Part shown: in pieces, positions 1 through 9,436 of the stretch
Layout: the number at the start of each line of letters is the position of its first letter
Position numbering within the stretch: position 1 is the stretch's first letter
Source: an uncultured Bacteroidota bacterium
GTDB taxonomy: Bacteria; Bacteroidota; Bacteroidia; Bacteroidales; M50B96
DNA: 64,000 nucleotides
Assembly: GCA_937954085.1 (NCBI GenBank)
Contig: CALGAK010000041.1
Coordinates: forward strand, 4,476 to 68,475
Direction of reading: 5' to 3'
Notes under the pieces: model-generated
Database searches by the model: none
Seen by the model: the letters and a program-made list of their open reading frames with translations, nothing else
What the model was told of the DNA's origin: nothing
Position numbers and translations under genes: made by a program

Positions 1-1
1 C

Positions 2-637
2 GGTGGAGTCGATGTTTTCATGGATTATAATCCTACTAGCGAGCCGGGAGAATATAGTATTGCTGGTTCGGTTTCCCTTGGGAACGATCCGTCCTATTTG
101 CCGGATTTCTATGAATCAGCCTGGGGAATGAACGAAATTGAGGTTAGCTCCGATATGGCCTGCAATATCGTGGTGAACTTATTTAACAGCGAGGGCGATC
201 CTGTTCAAAGCCTACTGACTAATCCTGCGGGGATGTTTCGATTTAGCTCGCTTACGGAAGGTCAATATTGTTTACGAGTGGAAAAACCAGGATTAGTCTC
301 CGATTGGGTTTGTGTGACCCTCCCGGTGGATCCTCCTGGAGTATGGATTGATTTCCAATTAAATGATGGACAGGTTCTAACTGCCGATTTACAGGAGATT
401 TCGAGAGGTTTGTCGATTTATCCGAATCCAGTCCGGGAGCATGTTACCATCCAGTCGAGCTCCGACTTGATTCACTGGCAATTATCGACAATGGATGGGA
501 AACGCATGGCTCAAGGTTCCGATTTTAAACAAACTCACATCATTCCAATGAATCAATATCCCGTAGGATTGTATTTATTAGAAGTGTCGGATGTGAAAGG
601 GAACCTGATTAAGCGAGAAAAGCTTATTCGGTACTAA
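2..637 (+). CDS. C-terminal part of a secreted T9SS cargo protein (5' end lies outside the window)
   Basis: The frame is open from nt 2 with no stop. There is no signal peptide at the first Met (nt 20), so the N-terminus is missing. It has a carboxypeptidase-regulatory-like segment (NIVVNLFNSEGDPV...GQYCLRVEKPG). The last ~75 aa form a type-A sorting domain. Confidence 0.7.
   Translation, partial: GGVDVFMDYNPTSEPGEYSIAGSVSLGNDPSYLPDFYESAWGMNEIEVSSDMACNIVVNLFNSEGDPVQSLLTNPAGMFRFSSLTEGQYCLRVEKPGLVSDWVCVTLPVDPPGVWIDFQLNDGQVLTADLQEISRGLSIYPNPVREHVTIQSSSDLIHWQLSTMDGKRMAQGSDFKQTHIIPMNQYPVGLYLLEVSDVKGNLIKREKLIRY
410..634 (+). other. Type-A T9SS C-terminal sorting domain
   Basis: LSIYPNPVREHVTIQ...GLYLLEVSD...KLIRY. 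The same YPNP-led ~80-aa pattern recurs at the C-termini of three other proteins in this window. Confidence 0.75.
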
Positions 638-1201
638 TTATTTGTTGTTGTACTGAGTCATCGTAAGGCCAACCCCAATACTTGCAAAAGACAGGATGAT
701 TTTCCCCGAAGTTTCTAATCGTTCATCTAGTTTCTTTTTTTCTTCGTCGCTCCAGGTTCCCAAGACATAATCTACTTGGTGACCTTGAGGAAATTCGCTT
801 CCAATTCCAAATCGTAAGCGAGCGTACTGTTGAGTCCCAATTGTTTCCTGGATACTTTTTAGTCCATTATGACCGGCATCACCTCCTTTGGGGCGGAGTC
901 GAAGCGTTCCAAAGGGAAGGGCTAAATCGTCGGCTATGATGAGCAGGTTCTCGAGGGGAATTTTTGTTTTAGTAAGCCAGTATTGCACCGCCTTCCCACT
1001 CAGGTTCACGTAGGTGGAGGGTTTTAGGAGGACGAGGATTCGGCCTCGGTGTTTTATTTCGCACTGGTCGCCATAACGGCCGGGGGTAAAAAGAGTATTG
1101 GACGCTTTCGCTAAAGCGTCCAATACATCGAACCCAACATTATGCCGGGTATTTTCGTACTCCCTTCCAATATTTCCCAGTCCTACAATTAGATATTTCA
1201 C
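638..1201 (-). CDS. pth: Peptidyl-tRNA hydrolase
   Basis: [24 protein letters not shown]... is the canonical Pth N-terminus. It has a GTG start and sits in the conserved prs-ctc-pth order. Confidence 0.95.
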   Translation of the reverse strand: MKYLIVGLGNIGREYENTRHNVGFDVLDALAKASNTLFTPGRYGDQCEIKHRGRILVLLKPSTYVNLSGKAVQYWLTKTKIPLENLLIIADDLALPFGTLRLRPKGGDAGHNGLKSIQETIGTQQYARLRFGIGSEFPQGHQVDYVLGTWSDEEKKKLDERLETSGKIILSFASIGVGLTMTQYNNK

Positions 1202-1229
1202 TTAGACGGATTGGTAGGAGTTAAATTGA

Positions 1230-1835
1230 CTATTCGTTCGAATCACCGGCCTCTTCGTCGCTGTCTTCTGCATTAGCAGCCATACCACGCGAAGCACGGG
1301 TGAGTTTAACCATGGCAACAACCGCATTTTTCGGTTCGAGTACTTCCAAACCATCGAAGTTGAGCGATTGAATTTTGATTGATTTTCCTAATTTCAAGCT
1401 GGTTACATCTACATCCAAAAAGTCGGGTAGCTTATCGATCATGCCCCGAACTTTAATTCGTTTCATGTTCAGACTTAATTTACCACCGGCTTTAACACCC
1501 GCTGCCAAACCGTTCAATTTGACCGGAAGTTTAATGTCGAGTGGTTTGCCATCGATAACCTGGATGAAATCGATATGTAAGATAGCATCGGTAACCGGAT
1601 GAAATTGAATGTCTTTAAGGATACAAGGGACCGATTTTCCGTCGATGTTTAAAGATACCTGATACACATTGGGTGTGTAGATGATTTTTCCTAATTCGTT
1701 GGCATGAGCCGTGAAATGGATGTTGTCCTGACCACCATACAGTACACAGGGTACATGGTTCATCTTACGAACATTTTTGGCATCTCTTTTACCGAAGCCT
1801 TCACGGGGAGTCCCGTTAATTTGAATTGTTTTCAT
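1230..1835 (-). CDS. rplY: 50S ribosomal protein L25 / general stress protein Ctc
   Basis: MKTIQINGTPREGFGKRDAKNVRKMNHVPCVLYGG, with an acidic C-terminal tail. I trimmed the start to the ATG at 1835. The tracked ORF start at 1874 adds 13 non-conserved residues. Confidence 0.9.
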   Translation of the reverse strand: MKTIQINGTPREGFGKRDAKNVRKMNHVPCVLYGGQDNIHFTAHANELGKIIYTPNVYQVSLNIDGKSVPCILKDIQFHPVTDAILHIDFIQVIDGKPLDIKLPVKLNGLAAGVKAGGKLSLNMKRIKVRGMIDKLPDFLDVDVTSLKLGKSIKIQSLNFDGLEVLEPKNAVVAMVKLTRASRGMAANAEDSDEEAGDSNE

Positions 1836-1914
1836 TGTTAACACTTTGTGCGCTACTTGGACGCATCGATTCAATGAGTCCCCATCACGCGTTAAACGCC
1901 TAAATTTTCGGGCG

Positions 1915-1922
1915 CAAAGATA
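1915..1922 (-). promoter_or_regulatory. Bacteroidota-type -7 promoter box (TAnnTTTG) upstream of rplY
   Basis: The minus strand reads TATCTTTG. It lies between the prs stop (1926) and the rplY start (1835). Confidence 0.35.
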
Positions 1923-1925
1923 GAA

Positions 1926-2867
1926 TTAAATAATAAAATTTGAGCTAATGGATTGATGTTGATAGACTTTTTTTATCACATCGGCAAATACCGGCGCGAT
2001 GGAAAGCACCTTTATTTTATCGCTTTGTTGCTTCAAGGGGATGGAGTCGCTGGTAATGAGCTCGCAAATAGGCGATTTCTCGATGTTCTCGTACGCCGGA
2101 CCCGATAAAACAGGATGAGTACACACTGCTCGTATCGATTTGGCGCCTCGCTCCATCATAATTTCAGCTGCTTTGGTTATGGTGCCTGCGGTATCGATTA
2201 GATCATCGACAATAACCACATTTTTATCCTGCACATCGCCAATTACCGTAATGCTATCAACTTGATTTTCAGCTTTCCTTACTTTATGACTAACCACCAA
2301 TTCGCAGCTTAAAAACTTTGCCCAGTTATTGGCTCTTTTGGCACCTCCCATATCGGGCGCTGCAACCACTAAATCCTCCAGCTCCAGACTTTTGATATAA
2401 GGCACAAAAACCGACGATGCGTAAAGATGATCAACGGGTAGGTCGAAGAAACCTTGAATTTGGTCGGCGTGTAAATCCAGTGTCATTACCCGGTCTACCC
2501 CCGATGCTGTAAGAAGGTTTGCAATGAGTTTACTGCCGATCGAACAGCGCGGCTTATCTTTTCGATCTTGGCGGGCAAAGCCAAAATAAGGGATAACTGC
2601 AATGATTTTATAGGCTGATGCCCTTCGAGCGGCATCGATTAGCAGCAATAATTCAAAGAGATTTTCGGTGGGAGGGAAGGTCGATTGTACGATGAAAACA
2701 TGGGCGCCTCGCACCGTTTCGTCGAAGGCGACTTCAAACTCTCCATCGGAGAATTTTCTAAACTCAATTTTCCCTAAATCGGTTCCATAATGGGCAGCGA
2801 TTTGAGACCCAATGTATTCCGATTCTCTTCCTGCGAAGATTTTCAAGGGATTGTTCGATAATGACAT
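1926..2867 (-). CDS. prs: Ribose-phosphate pyrophosphokinase
   Basis: 313 aa, with IFAGRESEYIGSQIA..., DLHADQIQGFF and VIVDDLIDTAGT PRPP-binding motifs. Confidence 0.95.
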   Translation of the reverse strand: MSLSNNPLKIFAGRESEYIGSQIAAHYGTDLGKIEFRKFSDGEFEVAFDETVRGAHVFIVQSTFPPTENLFELLLLIDAARRASAYKIIAVIPYFGFARQDRKDKPRCSIGSKLIANLLTASGVDRVMTLDLHADQIQGFFDLPVDHLYASSVFVPYIKSLELEDLVVAAPDMGGAKRANNWAKFLSCELVVSHKVRKAENQVDSITVIGDVQDKNVVIVDDLIDTAGTITKAAEIMMERGAKSIRAVCTHPVLSGPAYENIEKSPICELITSDSIPLKQQSDKIKVLSIAPVFADVIKKVYQHQSISSNFII

Positions 2868-2891
2868 AGCTCGTTGATTTTAGTGTGCGGT

Positions 2892-2899
2892 CAAAAGTA
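2892..2899 (-). promoter_or_regulatory. -7 promoter box (TAnnTTTG) upstream of prs
   Basis: The minus strand reads TACTTTTG, 24 nt upstream of the prs ATG. Confidence 0.45.
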
Positions 2900-3025
2900 C
2901 GCTAAAATCAGCTAAATTTTCAAAGTGTTAAAAAGCTGTTGAAATTTAATTTTTGGTCAGCGAAACTTATTTTGCAGCTAATCAAAAGGAGTTTGTAATG
3001 GAGGAAGAATTGAAATTGGTGAGAC

Positions 3026-3667
3026 TTAGGGGAGAGGACCGCTTTTCTTTTTAAGGCTGATGCGGTTTTCTTCTCGTCGTAATAATCGACCAATATTTTT
3101 TTGATGCGTAATAATCAGTAAAACAGCTACTAGCAGCGAAAAAATAGTAAGAGAGAGTGGGGTGCTGTCAAAAGCGAAAATGAGTAGGATTGGGAAGCTT
3201 ATTCCTGCAGTAAGTGAGCTAAGACTAACATACTTGGAGAGCAGCAAAACAACCCAGAAAATGACAAAGGCAGTTAGAGCGGCAAAGAAATGGATGCCCA
3301 GAACCACTCCGAATAAGGTTGCTACTCCTTTTCCTCCTTTAAAGCCTGCGAATAAGGGAAAAACATGTCCGGCCATTGCTAAAAGCCCTAGAAGTAATTG
3401 TAAGCCAATAAGTAAGTTTTCATCTTGAATCGGAACAAAAAAGAAGTCGGTAAGATTCACTGCGAGCATTCCTTTGGCGGCATCGATAAGAAAAACCGCT
3501 ATCCCTGCTTTCTGGCCTAGTACTCGGAATACATTCGTTGCACCGGCATTTCCGCTACCGTGTTGACGCACATCGACACCAAAGAAGCCTTTTCCAAGCC
3601 AGACCGCGGTTGGGATGGAACCGATTAAATAAGCCAGAATAAAAAGCAGTATGTAGGTTATATCCAT
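3026..3667 (-). CDS. plsY: Glycerol-3-phosphate acyltransferase PlsY
   Basis: A polytopic membrane protein with GSGNAGATNVFRVLG and GGKGVAT motifs. Confidence 0.9.
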   Translation of the reverse strand: MDITYILLFILAYLIGSIPTAVWLGKGFFGVDVRQHGSGNAGATNVFRVLGQKAGIAVFLIDAAKGMLAVNLTDFFFVPIQDENLLIGLQLLLGLLAMAGHVFPLFAGFKGGKGVATLFGVVLGIHFFAALTAFVIFWVVLLLSKYVSLSSLTAGISFPILLIFAFDSTPLSLTIFSLLVAVLLIITHQKNIGRLLRREENRISLKKKSGPLP

Positions 3668-3742
3668 GATTTAAATCTAAAAATGGGCGAAGTGACTTTC
3701 CGATTAAGATTTACTTAATGATTCATTAAGGAAAAAGTTTTG

Positions 3743-3750
3743 CAAACATA
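3743..3750 (-). promoter_or_regulatory. -7 promoter box (TAnnTTTG) upstream of plsY
   Basis: The minus strand reads TATGTTTG, 75 nt upstream of the plsY ATG. Confidence 0.35.
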
Positions 3751-3830
3751 GGAAAAATGAACTTAAGTCGAACTCCTTAACACTTCCTAAAAAGGGTTAA
3801 ACTTACCAATGCCTTTGTTAGTAGGCACTT

Positions 3831-4451
3831 CTAGGACTCAATCGATTGCTGTTTAATCCAAGTTTGATTGAGTTCGTCGATGTAATTTAATAAGGTATCT
3901 CGTCCCAATTCATTGCTAGCCGAGCTTACAAAATGGACAGGAAAGCTTTCCCAACTTTCGAGCATTTTTTCGCGGTATGCAGCGATTGCCTGGTCGATCG
4001 CTCCGGGTTTTAACTTGTCGGCTTTCGTGAAAATAATCGCAAAGGGAATTCCACTAATTCCCAGGTATTCCATAAACTCTAAGTCGATGGTTTGGGGTTC
4101 GTGGCGAATGTCGATAAGAACAAATAGTGCGAAGAGTTGGGTGCGATTAATCAAATAACTGTTAATCAGTTTATGGAACTTGGCCCTTTCGGTTTTCGAC
4201 ACTTTGGCATAGCCATACCCGGGTAAATCGACCAGGTACCAAGAGTCGTTAATGATGAAATGATTGATTAGTCGAGTTTTCCCCGGTTTGCCCGATGTTT
4301 TGGCTAGATTTTTTTGACGGGTAAGCATATTAATCAAGGAGCTCTTTCCAACGTTCGATCGGCCAATAAAGGCATATTCCGGAATGATCCGGGTGGGGCA
4401 ATCGCTCAACTTGGAATTACTCATTAGGAATTGTGCCGTTTTAATTTCCAT
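3831..4451 (-). CDS. engB: Ribosome-biogenesis GTPase EngB/YsxC/YihA
   Basis: GRSNVGKSSLINML (G1), DLPGYG (G3) and TKADK (G4). The start is set to the ATG at 4451. The tracked GTG at 4484 would run into the terminator hairpin of the upstream gene. Confidence 0.9.
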   Translation of the reverse strand: MEIKTAQFLMSNSKLSDCPTRIIPEYAFIGRSNVGKSSLINMLTRQKNLAKTSGKPGKTRLINHFIINDSWYLVDLPGYGYAKVSKTERAKFHKLINSYLINRTQLFALFVLIDIRHEPQTIDLEFMEYLGISGIPFAIIFTKADKLKPGAIDQAIAAYREKMLESWESFPVHFVSSASNELGRDTLLNYIDELNQTWIKQQSIES

Positions 4452-4487
4452 GTAAATGGGATTTATGGGTATGCGATAAAACACAAA

Positions 4488-4517
4488 AAAAGCGATTATG
4501 ATGAGATAATCGCTTTT
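4488..4517 (-). terminator. Intrinsic terminator of the acidic-protein gene
   Basis: A perfect 12-bp stem (aaaagcgattat / ataatcgctttt) with a 6-nt loop. On the minus strand it is followed by a U-run (plus-strand aaaaaa at 4485-4490). It lies 21 nt after the stop at 4538. Confidence 0.55.
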
Positions 4518-4537
4518 AAATGTTTTTTCAGTCTCGA

Positions 4538-4834
4538 TTATTTTTCGGGTTCTTCCTCTTCGTCGAAGTCTTCTTCGTCGAACATGAATTCGTCTTCAAA
4601 TAATTGCTCTTGAGCGTCTAGCTCATCGTCGAGGAAATTTCCTGCAGCTTGAGTGAGTGCTTCAACAGCTGCTGAATCGGAAGGTTTTTCGTCAATCCAG
4701 TGAATGATATGATTTTCAAAAAAATCTTCTTCCACCCCACATTCAAAGATGCAACGAGGGTTCTCGTTATGCACCACATAAATGTTTTCAGGTGCTTGCT
4801 GGGAATTGTCAGCGATTAAAAATTTTGGCAACAT
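4538..4834 (-). CDS. Hypothetical hyper-acidic 98-aa protein
   Basis: ATG start, with its own -7 box and its own terminator. By hand count about 30 D/E versus 4 K/R. The C-terminus reads DDELDAQEQLFEDEFMFDEEDFDEEEEPEK. Confidence 0.6.
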   Translation of the reverse strand: MLPKFLIADNSQQAPENIYVVHNENPRCIFECGVEEDFFENHIIHWIDEKPSDSAAVEALTQAAGNFLDDELDAQEQLFEDEFMFDEEDFDEEEEPEK

Positions 4835-4868
4835 GGCTCTGTAGTGTTAGTGAATATGAGTTTGCGGG

Positions 4869-4876
4869 CAAATGTA
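4869..4876 (-). promoter_or_regulatory. -7 promoter box (TAnnTTTG) upstream of the acidic-protein gene
   Basis: The minus strand reads TACATTTG, 34 nt upstream of the ATG at 4834. Confidence 0.45.
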
Positions 4877-4923
4877 GATTAATTCCCTGAATTTTGAAGG
4901 TTCGAATCTAAGAATAGAATGAA

Positions 4924-5592
4924 CTAATTGTTAACCAAATTTTCCAATGGCTCGGTTTTAGCCTCCTGATACAGATGATGATGGAAATGATCGAGTCGCC
5001 GCAGTAAATAAGCTAATTGATTCCTTTCTGCTTCGTTTAAATCGCCGGGAACTAACCTTGAAACCAACTGCATTTGGGGGAAGATTTTACCCAACTCGCG
5101 CTTCCCTTCGTCGGAAATCCGAATTCGTGTGCTTCGCTTGTCTATCGGATCGTCGAACGACTCAACTAGGTTCAAGCGAATAAGTCGCTTGATAATTTCC
5201 ATCCCGGAAGTTTTTTCCATTACCTGAGTATGGATTAACTCTGTTTTTACCATGCTCTCGTGAGTAAGTAGTGTAATAAGGTATGAAAATTCATCGGCTG
5301 TGCGAATAATACTGTTGGTAAAAGCCTTCTTTAAATAAGACTTAGCGTAACGATACATCATCACAATGAGGATCGATATGTCGGTTTCACGATCTTTGGT
5401 CGCAGCCATCCCGCCCGGATATTCTTCCTGTCCGCCACTAATCGATTGCGCCTTAATACCACGGGAATAAACATTAGCATTTAAAAAACCAATGAAGTCG
5501 CTCATGTTTACTTCCATGTCGACTTTCTTGCACTGGTTTTCAAATTCGTCGAGCTGTTCAATTATTTGTATCAGAATTTCTTTCGATTTCAT
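4924..5592 (-). CDS. MarR-family (winged-helix) transcriptional regulator with an N-terminal extension
   Basis: The C-terminal half TELIHTQVMEKTSGMEIIKRLIRLNLVESFDDPIDKRSTRIRISDEGKREL is a MarR wHTH. The start is set to the first ATG (5592), because the tracked start at 5607 is TTG. Confidence 0.7.
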   Translation of the reverse strand: MKSKEILIQIIEQLDEFENQCKKVDMEVNMSDFIGFLNANVYSRGIKAQSISGGQEEYPGGMAATKDRETDISILIVMMYRYAKSYLKKAFTNSIIRTADEFSYLITLLTHESMVKTELIHTQVMEKTSGMEIIKRLIRLNLVESFDDPIDKRSTRIRISDEGKRELGKIFPQMQLVSRLVPGDLNEAERNQLAYLLRRLDHFHHHLYQEAKTEPLENLVNN

Positions 5593-5615
5593 CAGGATGG
5601 TTTTCAAGGCGGTTG

Positions 5616-5623
5616 CAAAGTTA
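5616..5623 (-). promoter_or_regulatory. -7 promoter box (TAnnTTTG) upstream of the MarR-family gene
   Basis: The minus strand reads TAACTTTG, 23 nt upstream of the ATG at 5592. Confidence 0.4.
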
Positions 5624-5801
5624 CAAATTGAACTGAATATTCATTCTTCTTAAAAATGCTAATCTTTTTTACCCTTTGATTGTTAAGAACAAATGCGTTC
5701 TGTTCTGAGTCTTTTAGACTGGTTACTTGATTGTTGTTTAAATAAATCTTAAAAAGATTAAACAAATAGTACAAATTTAATCTATGTTTGCCTCAAAAGA
5801 G

Positions 5802-5809
5802 TATATTTG
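5802..5809 (+). promoter_or_regulatory. -7 promoter box (TAnnTTTG) upstream of the TonB-dependent receptor; a second copy lies at 5783-5790
   Basis: TATATTTG at 5802-5809 and TATGTTTG at 5783-5790. The tracked TTG start (5807) lies inside this box, which argues for a downstream ATG. Confidence 0.45.
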
Positions 5810-5836
5810 CGTCCGAAAAAGATTGGAAAAGTCCTC

Positions 5837-8323
5837 ATGAAAAAAATAAACTCGTTACACATCATTAAGAACTTTAAGGCTATCACTGGCAACATGCAAA
5901 CGATGAAAAGAAACCAAACAACGCACTCTGTTCCTTTCATCTTGAAAGGTTTCTTGGCTATTTTCTTCTTGGTAACTTTTACTACCCTATCCCTTCATGC
6001 TCAGTCGGGACGTGTAAAAGGGAAAGTAGTGGATGCGAAATCGAACCTGGGGCTTGAGTTTGCAAACGTTGTAATCGACGGAACTAACCTCGGAACAATT
6101 ACGGACATAAATGGCGATTTCTTCTTAGAAGATGTAAGTCCCGGATTCTATCGTTTGTTAGTTAGTTCGGTTGGATACGAAACAACCTATTCGCAGGAAA
6201 TTCAGGTACAGGGAAATCAAACTACCGACGTCAAAGTAGCCGTGCAGGAATCGGCTTTAATGGTAGGGGAGGTTGTTGTACGTCAAAAACCCAACATCAA
6301 AAAAATTGAGAGTCCGCTTTCGGTCACCACATTAGGTGTTCAGGAAATTGAAAAGAGTGCCGGGGTTAACCGCGATATTTCCAAACTAATTCAAACACTT
6401 CCCGGTGTAGGGATTACCGACCCTAACCGCAACGACCTAATCGTGCGCGGCGGTGGTCCTTCCGAGAACGTATTTTATTTGGATGGTGTCGAAATTCCGG
6501 TAATCAATCACTTTACAACGCAAGGAGCATCGGGGGGAAGTGTCGGAATTATCAATCCGGATTTTGTTTCGGATGTGTCGTTTTATACGGGCGCTTTCCC
6601 AGCCAACCGCGTGAATGCTCTTAGCTCGGTTATGGAAATACGTCAGCGCGATGGTTCACGCGACGCTTACAAGGCAAAAGTAGCGGTTGGAGCATCCGAC
6701 GCAGCCTTAACGCTGGAAGGTCCGGTAGGGGAGAATGCTTCTTTCATAGCTTCGGCTCGCCAGTCTTATTTGCAATTTCTCTTTTCAGCCATCGGCTTAC
6801 CTTTCCTGCCGACGTATACCGATTTTCAATTTAAGTACAAGGTCGATTTATCGAAAAAGAGTCAACTTACTATCTTGGGACTGGGAGCAATCGACGACAT
6901 GGTGCTCAATACCGGATTGGAAAACCCCGACGAAGGTCAGCAATACATTCTGAACTATTTGCCCGTTTATAAGCAATGGAATTATACGATTGGAGCGGTG
7001 TACAAATATTTCCAAGGCGATTATTACGATACCTGGGTGCTGAGTCGGAACATGTTTCGAAATGCGAATTACAAGCATCTCAACAATGATGAGTCTTTGA
7101 TGCGAATCTCGGATTATTTATCGGACGAGATTGAAAACAAATTTCGTTTTGAGCGTACTTATCTTGGTTCTCGCTACCGGATTAATTGGGGTGCGGGAGG
7201 TAAGTTCTCTAAATACAGCAATGAGACCTTCCGTTTATTTTTCCAGGATAACGAAGTCCTGCCCTTGAATTACAACACTGCGTTGGATCTCTTTTTCTAT
7301 AATGCCTTCTTTCAGATATCCGACAAAGATTTAATCGACGGATTGCAATTATCGTTTGGGGTTAACATTGCCGGAAATAATTACAACGAACCGATGCGAA
7401 ACCCATTGAATCAGCTATCTCCTCGTTTGTCGGCTACGTATAGCCTTACCGAAACCTTGAACTGGAATGCGAATATTGGTCGTTATGCTATGGCTCCCTC
7501 TTACACGACGCTTGGATTTAGAAATACGATGAATCAATTGGTGAATCAAACCGAAGCGCTCAAATATGTTATTTCCAATCAGGCAATTATGGGTTTTGAG
7601 TATCTTCCTAAGGAGAAGCTTAGTTTCACAGTGGAAGGTTTTTACAAGCACTATGATAACTATCCTTTATCGGTGGTCGAAGGAATCAGCCTGGCGAGTA
7701 AAGGAACTGATTTTGGGCAGGTTGGCGACGAAGCGGTTGTTTCCGATGGATTTGGACGAGCATACGGAGTGGAATTCCTTTTTAAAGCACTCGACTACAA
7801 TAACTTTAACGCTACCGTAACTTATACCTTGTTCCGCAGTGAATTTTCCGACGTAAACGACCAATTGCGTTCTTCGTCGTGGGATAATCGTCAGTTGGTG
7901 AATTTAATTGCTTCTTATCGTACCCCCGGAAGCTGGAATTTTGCAGCTCGCTGGCGCTATTTGGGAGGTCGTCCGTATTCTCCTATCGACATGGACTTAT
8001 CGACTTTGGCTGCCTCGTGGGATATTCGGAACCAAGCCTATGTCGATTACGATAATTATAATGCTTTGCGTTTACCTTCTACTAATCAGTTGGATATTCG
8101 TATCGATAAGGAATTTTACTTCAAAAAGTTTGTGTTGAATCTGTATGTCGATGTTCAAAATGTATTGAACAAGAAAACGGCATCCACTCCTATCTATACC
8201 AATCTTGACGAGAATGGCGAGGTCATGATTGATCCTGAGAATCCTGAGCGTTATCAGTTACGCACTATTCAAAACTTAGGCGGAACAGTTCTTCCGACCT
8301 TGGGTTTCAGTTTAAAAATTTAA
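5837..8323 (+). CDS. TonB-dependent outer-membrane receptor with an N-terminal carboxypeptidase-regulatory-like domain
   Basis: Signal peptide ...FLVTFTTLSLHAQS, then GRVKGKVVDAKSNLGLEFANVVIDGT (CarbopepD_reg), a plug region (DISKLIQTLPGV) and a beta-barrel ending ...LPTLGFSLKI. The start is the first ATG after the -7 box. ATGs at 5894 and 5903 are alternatives. Confidence 0.85.
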   Translation: MKKINSLHIIKNFKAITGNMQTMKRNQTTHSVPFILKGFLAIFFLVTFTTLSLHAQSGRVKGKVVDAKSNLGLEFANVVIDGTNLGTITDINGDFFLEDVSPGFYRLLVSSVGYETTYSQEIQVQGNQTTDVKVAVQESALMVGEVVVRQKPNIKKIESPLSVTTLGVQEIEKSAGVNRDISKLIQTLPGVGITDPNRNDLIVRGGGPSENVFYLDGVEIPVINHFTTQGASGGSVGIINPDFVSDVSFYTGAFPANRVNALSSVMEIRQRDGSRDAYKAKVAVGASDAALTLEGPVGENASFIASARQSYLQFLFSAIGLPFLPTYTDFQFKYKVDLSKKSQLTILGLGAIDDMVLNTGLENPDEGQQYILNYLPVYKQWNYTIGAVYKYFQGDYYDTWVLSRNMFRNANYKHLNNDESLMRISDYLSDEIENKFRFERTYLGSRYRINWGAGGKFSKYSNETFRLFFQDNEVLPLNYNTALDLFFYNAFFQISDKDLIDGLQLSFGVNIAGNNYNEPMRNPLNQLSPRLSATYSLTETLNWNANIGRYAMAPSYTTLGFRNTMNQLVNQTEALKYVISNQAIMGFEYLPKEKLSFTVEGFYKHYDNYPLSVVEGISLASKGTDFGQVGDEAVVSDGFGRAYGVEFLFKALDYNNFNATVTYTLFRSEFSDVNDQLRSSSWDNRQLVNLIASYRTPGSWNFAARWRYLGGRPYSPIDMDLSTLAASWDIRNQAYVDYDNYNALRLPSTNQLDIRIDKEFYFKKFVLNLYVDVQNVLNKKTASTPIYTNLDENGEVMIDPENPERYQLRTIQNLGGTVLPTLGFSLKI

Positions 8324-8335
8324 GGAGAAAGGAGT

Positions 8336-9436
8336 TTACCGATAGAAATTCTTTTCAAAGGCAGCGAATTCATCTTGTTTTAGGATGATTCTTTTCCAGA
8401 AAGCTTTTAAGAATCCGAGTCCGTAGGCAATTAGTTGAGTGTAGGAACTCAAAATTGAAAGGAACCCCACTCGGATGCATCGATTCTGAATGGTGGAGTC
8501 GATGAAAATGAGTGCCATGTGTGCAGCGACCGGAAGCAAAAACCAGCTTGATTCTACGATAGAAAGAAAAACCAGGAAGGCCAGTCCAATGGTGAAAATG
8601 GCAGGAGCCAGATGAACGAGTTTAAGGGATTCCGGATGGCGTTTGAATAAATTGATTCGAGCTAAACCTGAATTGAAAACTTGTTTGAAGAACTGTCTTA
8701 GGTTCGTTCTTCTTTTGTGATAGACGTATGCGTCTTTGAACAGTCTGGTGGAATAGCCGTTTTCGAGTATTCGTAAACTCATGTCGATATCTTCCCCGAA
8801 GCGCATTTTAGCGAATCCTTTAGTTGATTCAAACACTTCGCGCGAGTAGCCCATGTTGAAGCTGCGCGGATAGAATTTGTCGAGTTTTTCGCCACCGCCG
8901 CGTATTCCTCCTGTAGTAAAGAAGGATGTCATGGAATAATTGATGGCTTTTTGCAGGAGGCTGAAGCTTTCGTGCGCTTTGTCGGGGCCACCAAAAGCAT
9001 CGGTATAATTTTCTTTTAGGTTTTCGACCACGGTTTTCATGTACTGCGGAGGCAAAACACAATCGGAATCGAGGAAGATACAGTAGTTCCCTTCGGCTCG
9101 TTCGAATCCGTAATTTCGAGTCGTACCCGGACCGGAATTCGTTTTAGTAAAATAGCTGATGTTCAGTTTGCTACGATAGGCATCAACTACTTTGTCGCAA
9201 GGTATGGAGGATCCATCTTCAACGATTACTACCTGAAAGTCGGTATAGCTTTGATGAACAAGACTCTCCAGAAGTTCTTCAACTTCGTGAGGTCGATTGT
9301 AAACGGGTACTATAATGGAGTAAGTAAGAAAATTGGCTAGCATAGGTGCTGGTATTGAGTGAGTCGGAAGTAATTCTTTCGAACGGGCGACTTCCTTCAA
9401 TTGTTCACGATACATTAAACAAGCCGATCGGATCAT
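8336..9436 (-). CDS. Family-2 glycosyltransferase with C-terminal transmembrane helices
   Basis: YSIIVPVYNRPHEVEELLESLVHQSYTDFQVVIVEDGSS and FLDSDC (DxD). There are 3-4 hydrophobic helices at the C-terminus. The ATG at 9436 overlaps the buk stop (ATGA). An alternative ATG at 9343 gives MLANFLTYSIIVP. Confidence 0.8.
   Translation of the reverse strand: MIRSACLMYREQLKEVARSKELLPTHSIPAPMLANFLTYSIIVPVYNRPHEVEELLESLVHQSYTDFQVVIVEDGSSIPCDKVVDAYRSKLNISYFTKTNSGPGTTRNYGFERAEGNYCIFLDSDCVLPPQYMKTVVENLKENYTDAFGGPDKAHESFSLLQKAINYSMTSFFTTGGIRGGGEKLDKFYPRSFNMGYSREVFESTKGFAKMRFGEDIDMSLRILENGYSTRLFKDAYVYHKRRTNLRQFFKQVFNSGLARINLFKRHPESLKLVHLAPAIFTIGLAFLVFLSIVESSWFLLPVAAHMALIFIDSTIQNRCIRVGFLSILSSYTQLIAYGLGFLKAFWKRIILKQDEFAAFEKNFYR

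Noticed and set aside
4556-4581. The direct repeat tcttcgtcgaa(g/c), occurring twice, considered as a possible repeat array
   Set aside because: It is simply the antisense of the D/E-rich coding tail of the acidic protein. Only two copies are present.
4899-4908. ggttcgaatc, resembling a tRNA T-loop, in the MarR/acidic-protein intergenic region
   Set aside because: The flanking 5-mers (gaagg / ctaag) cannot form a T-stem, and no acceptor or anticodon arms can be drawn. It is not a tRNA.
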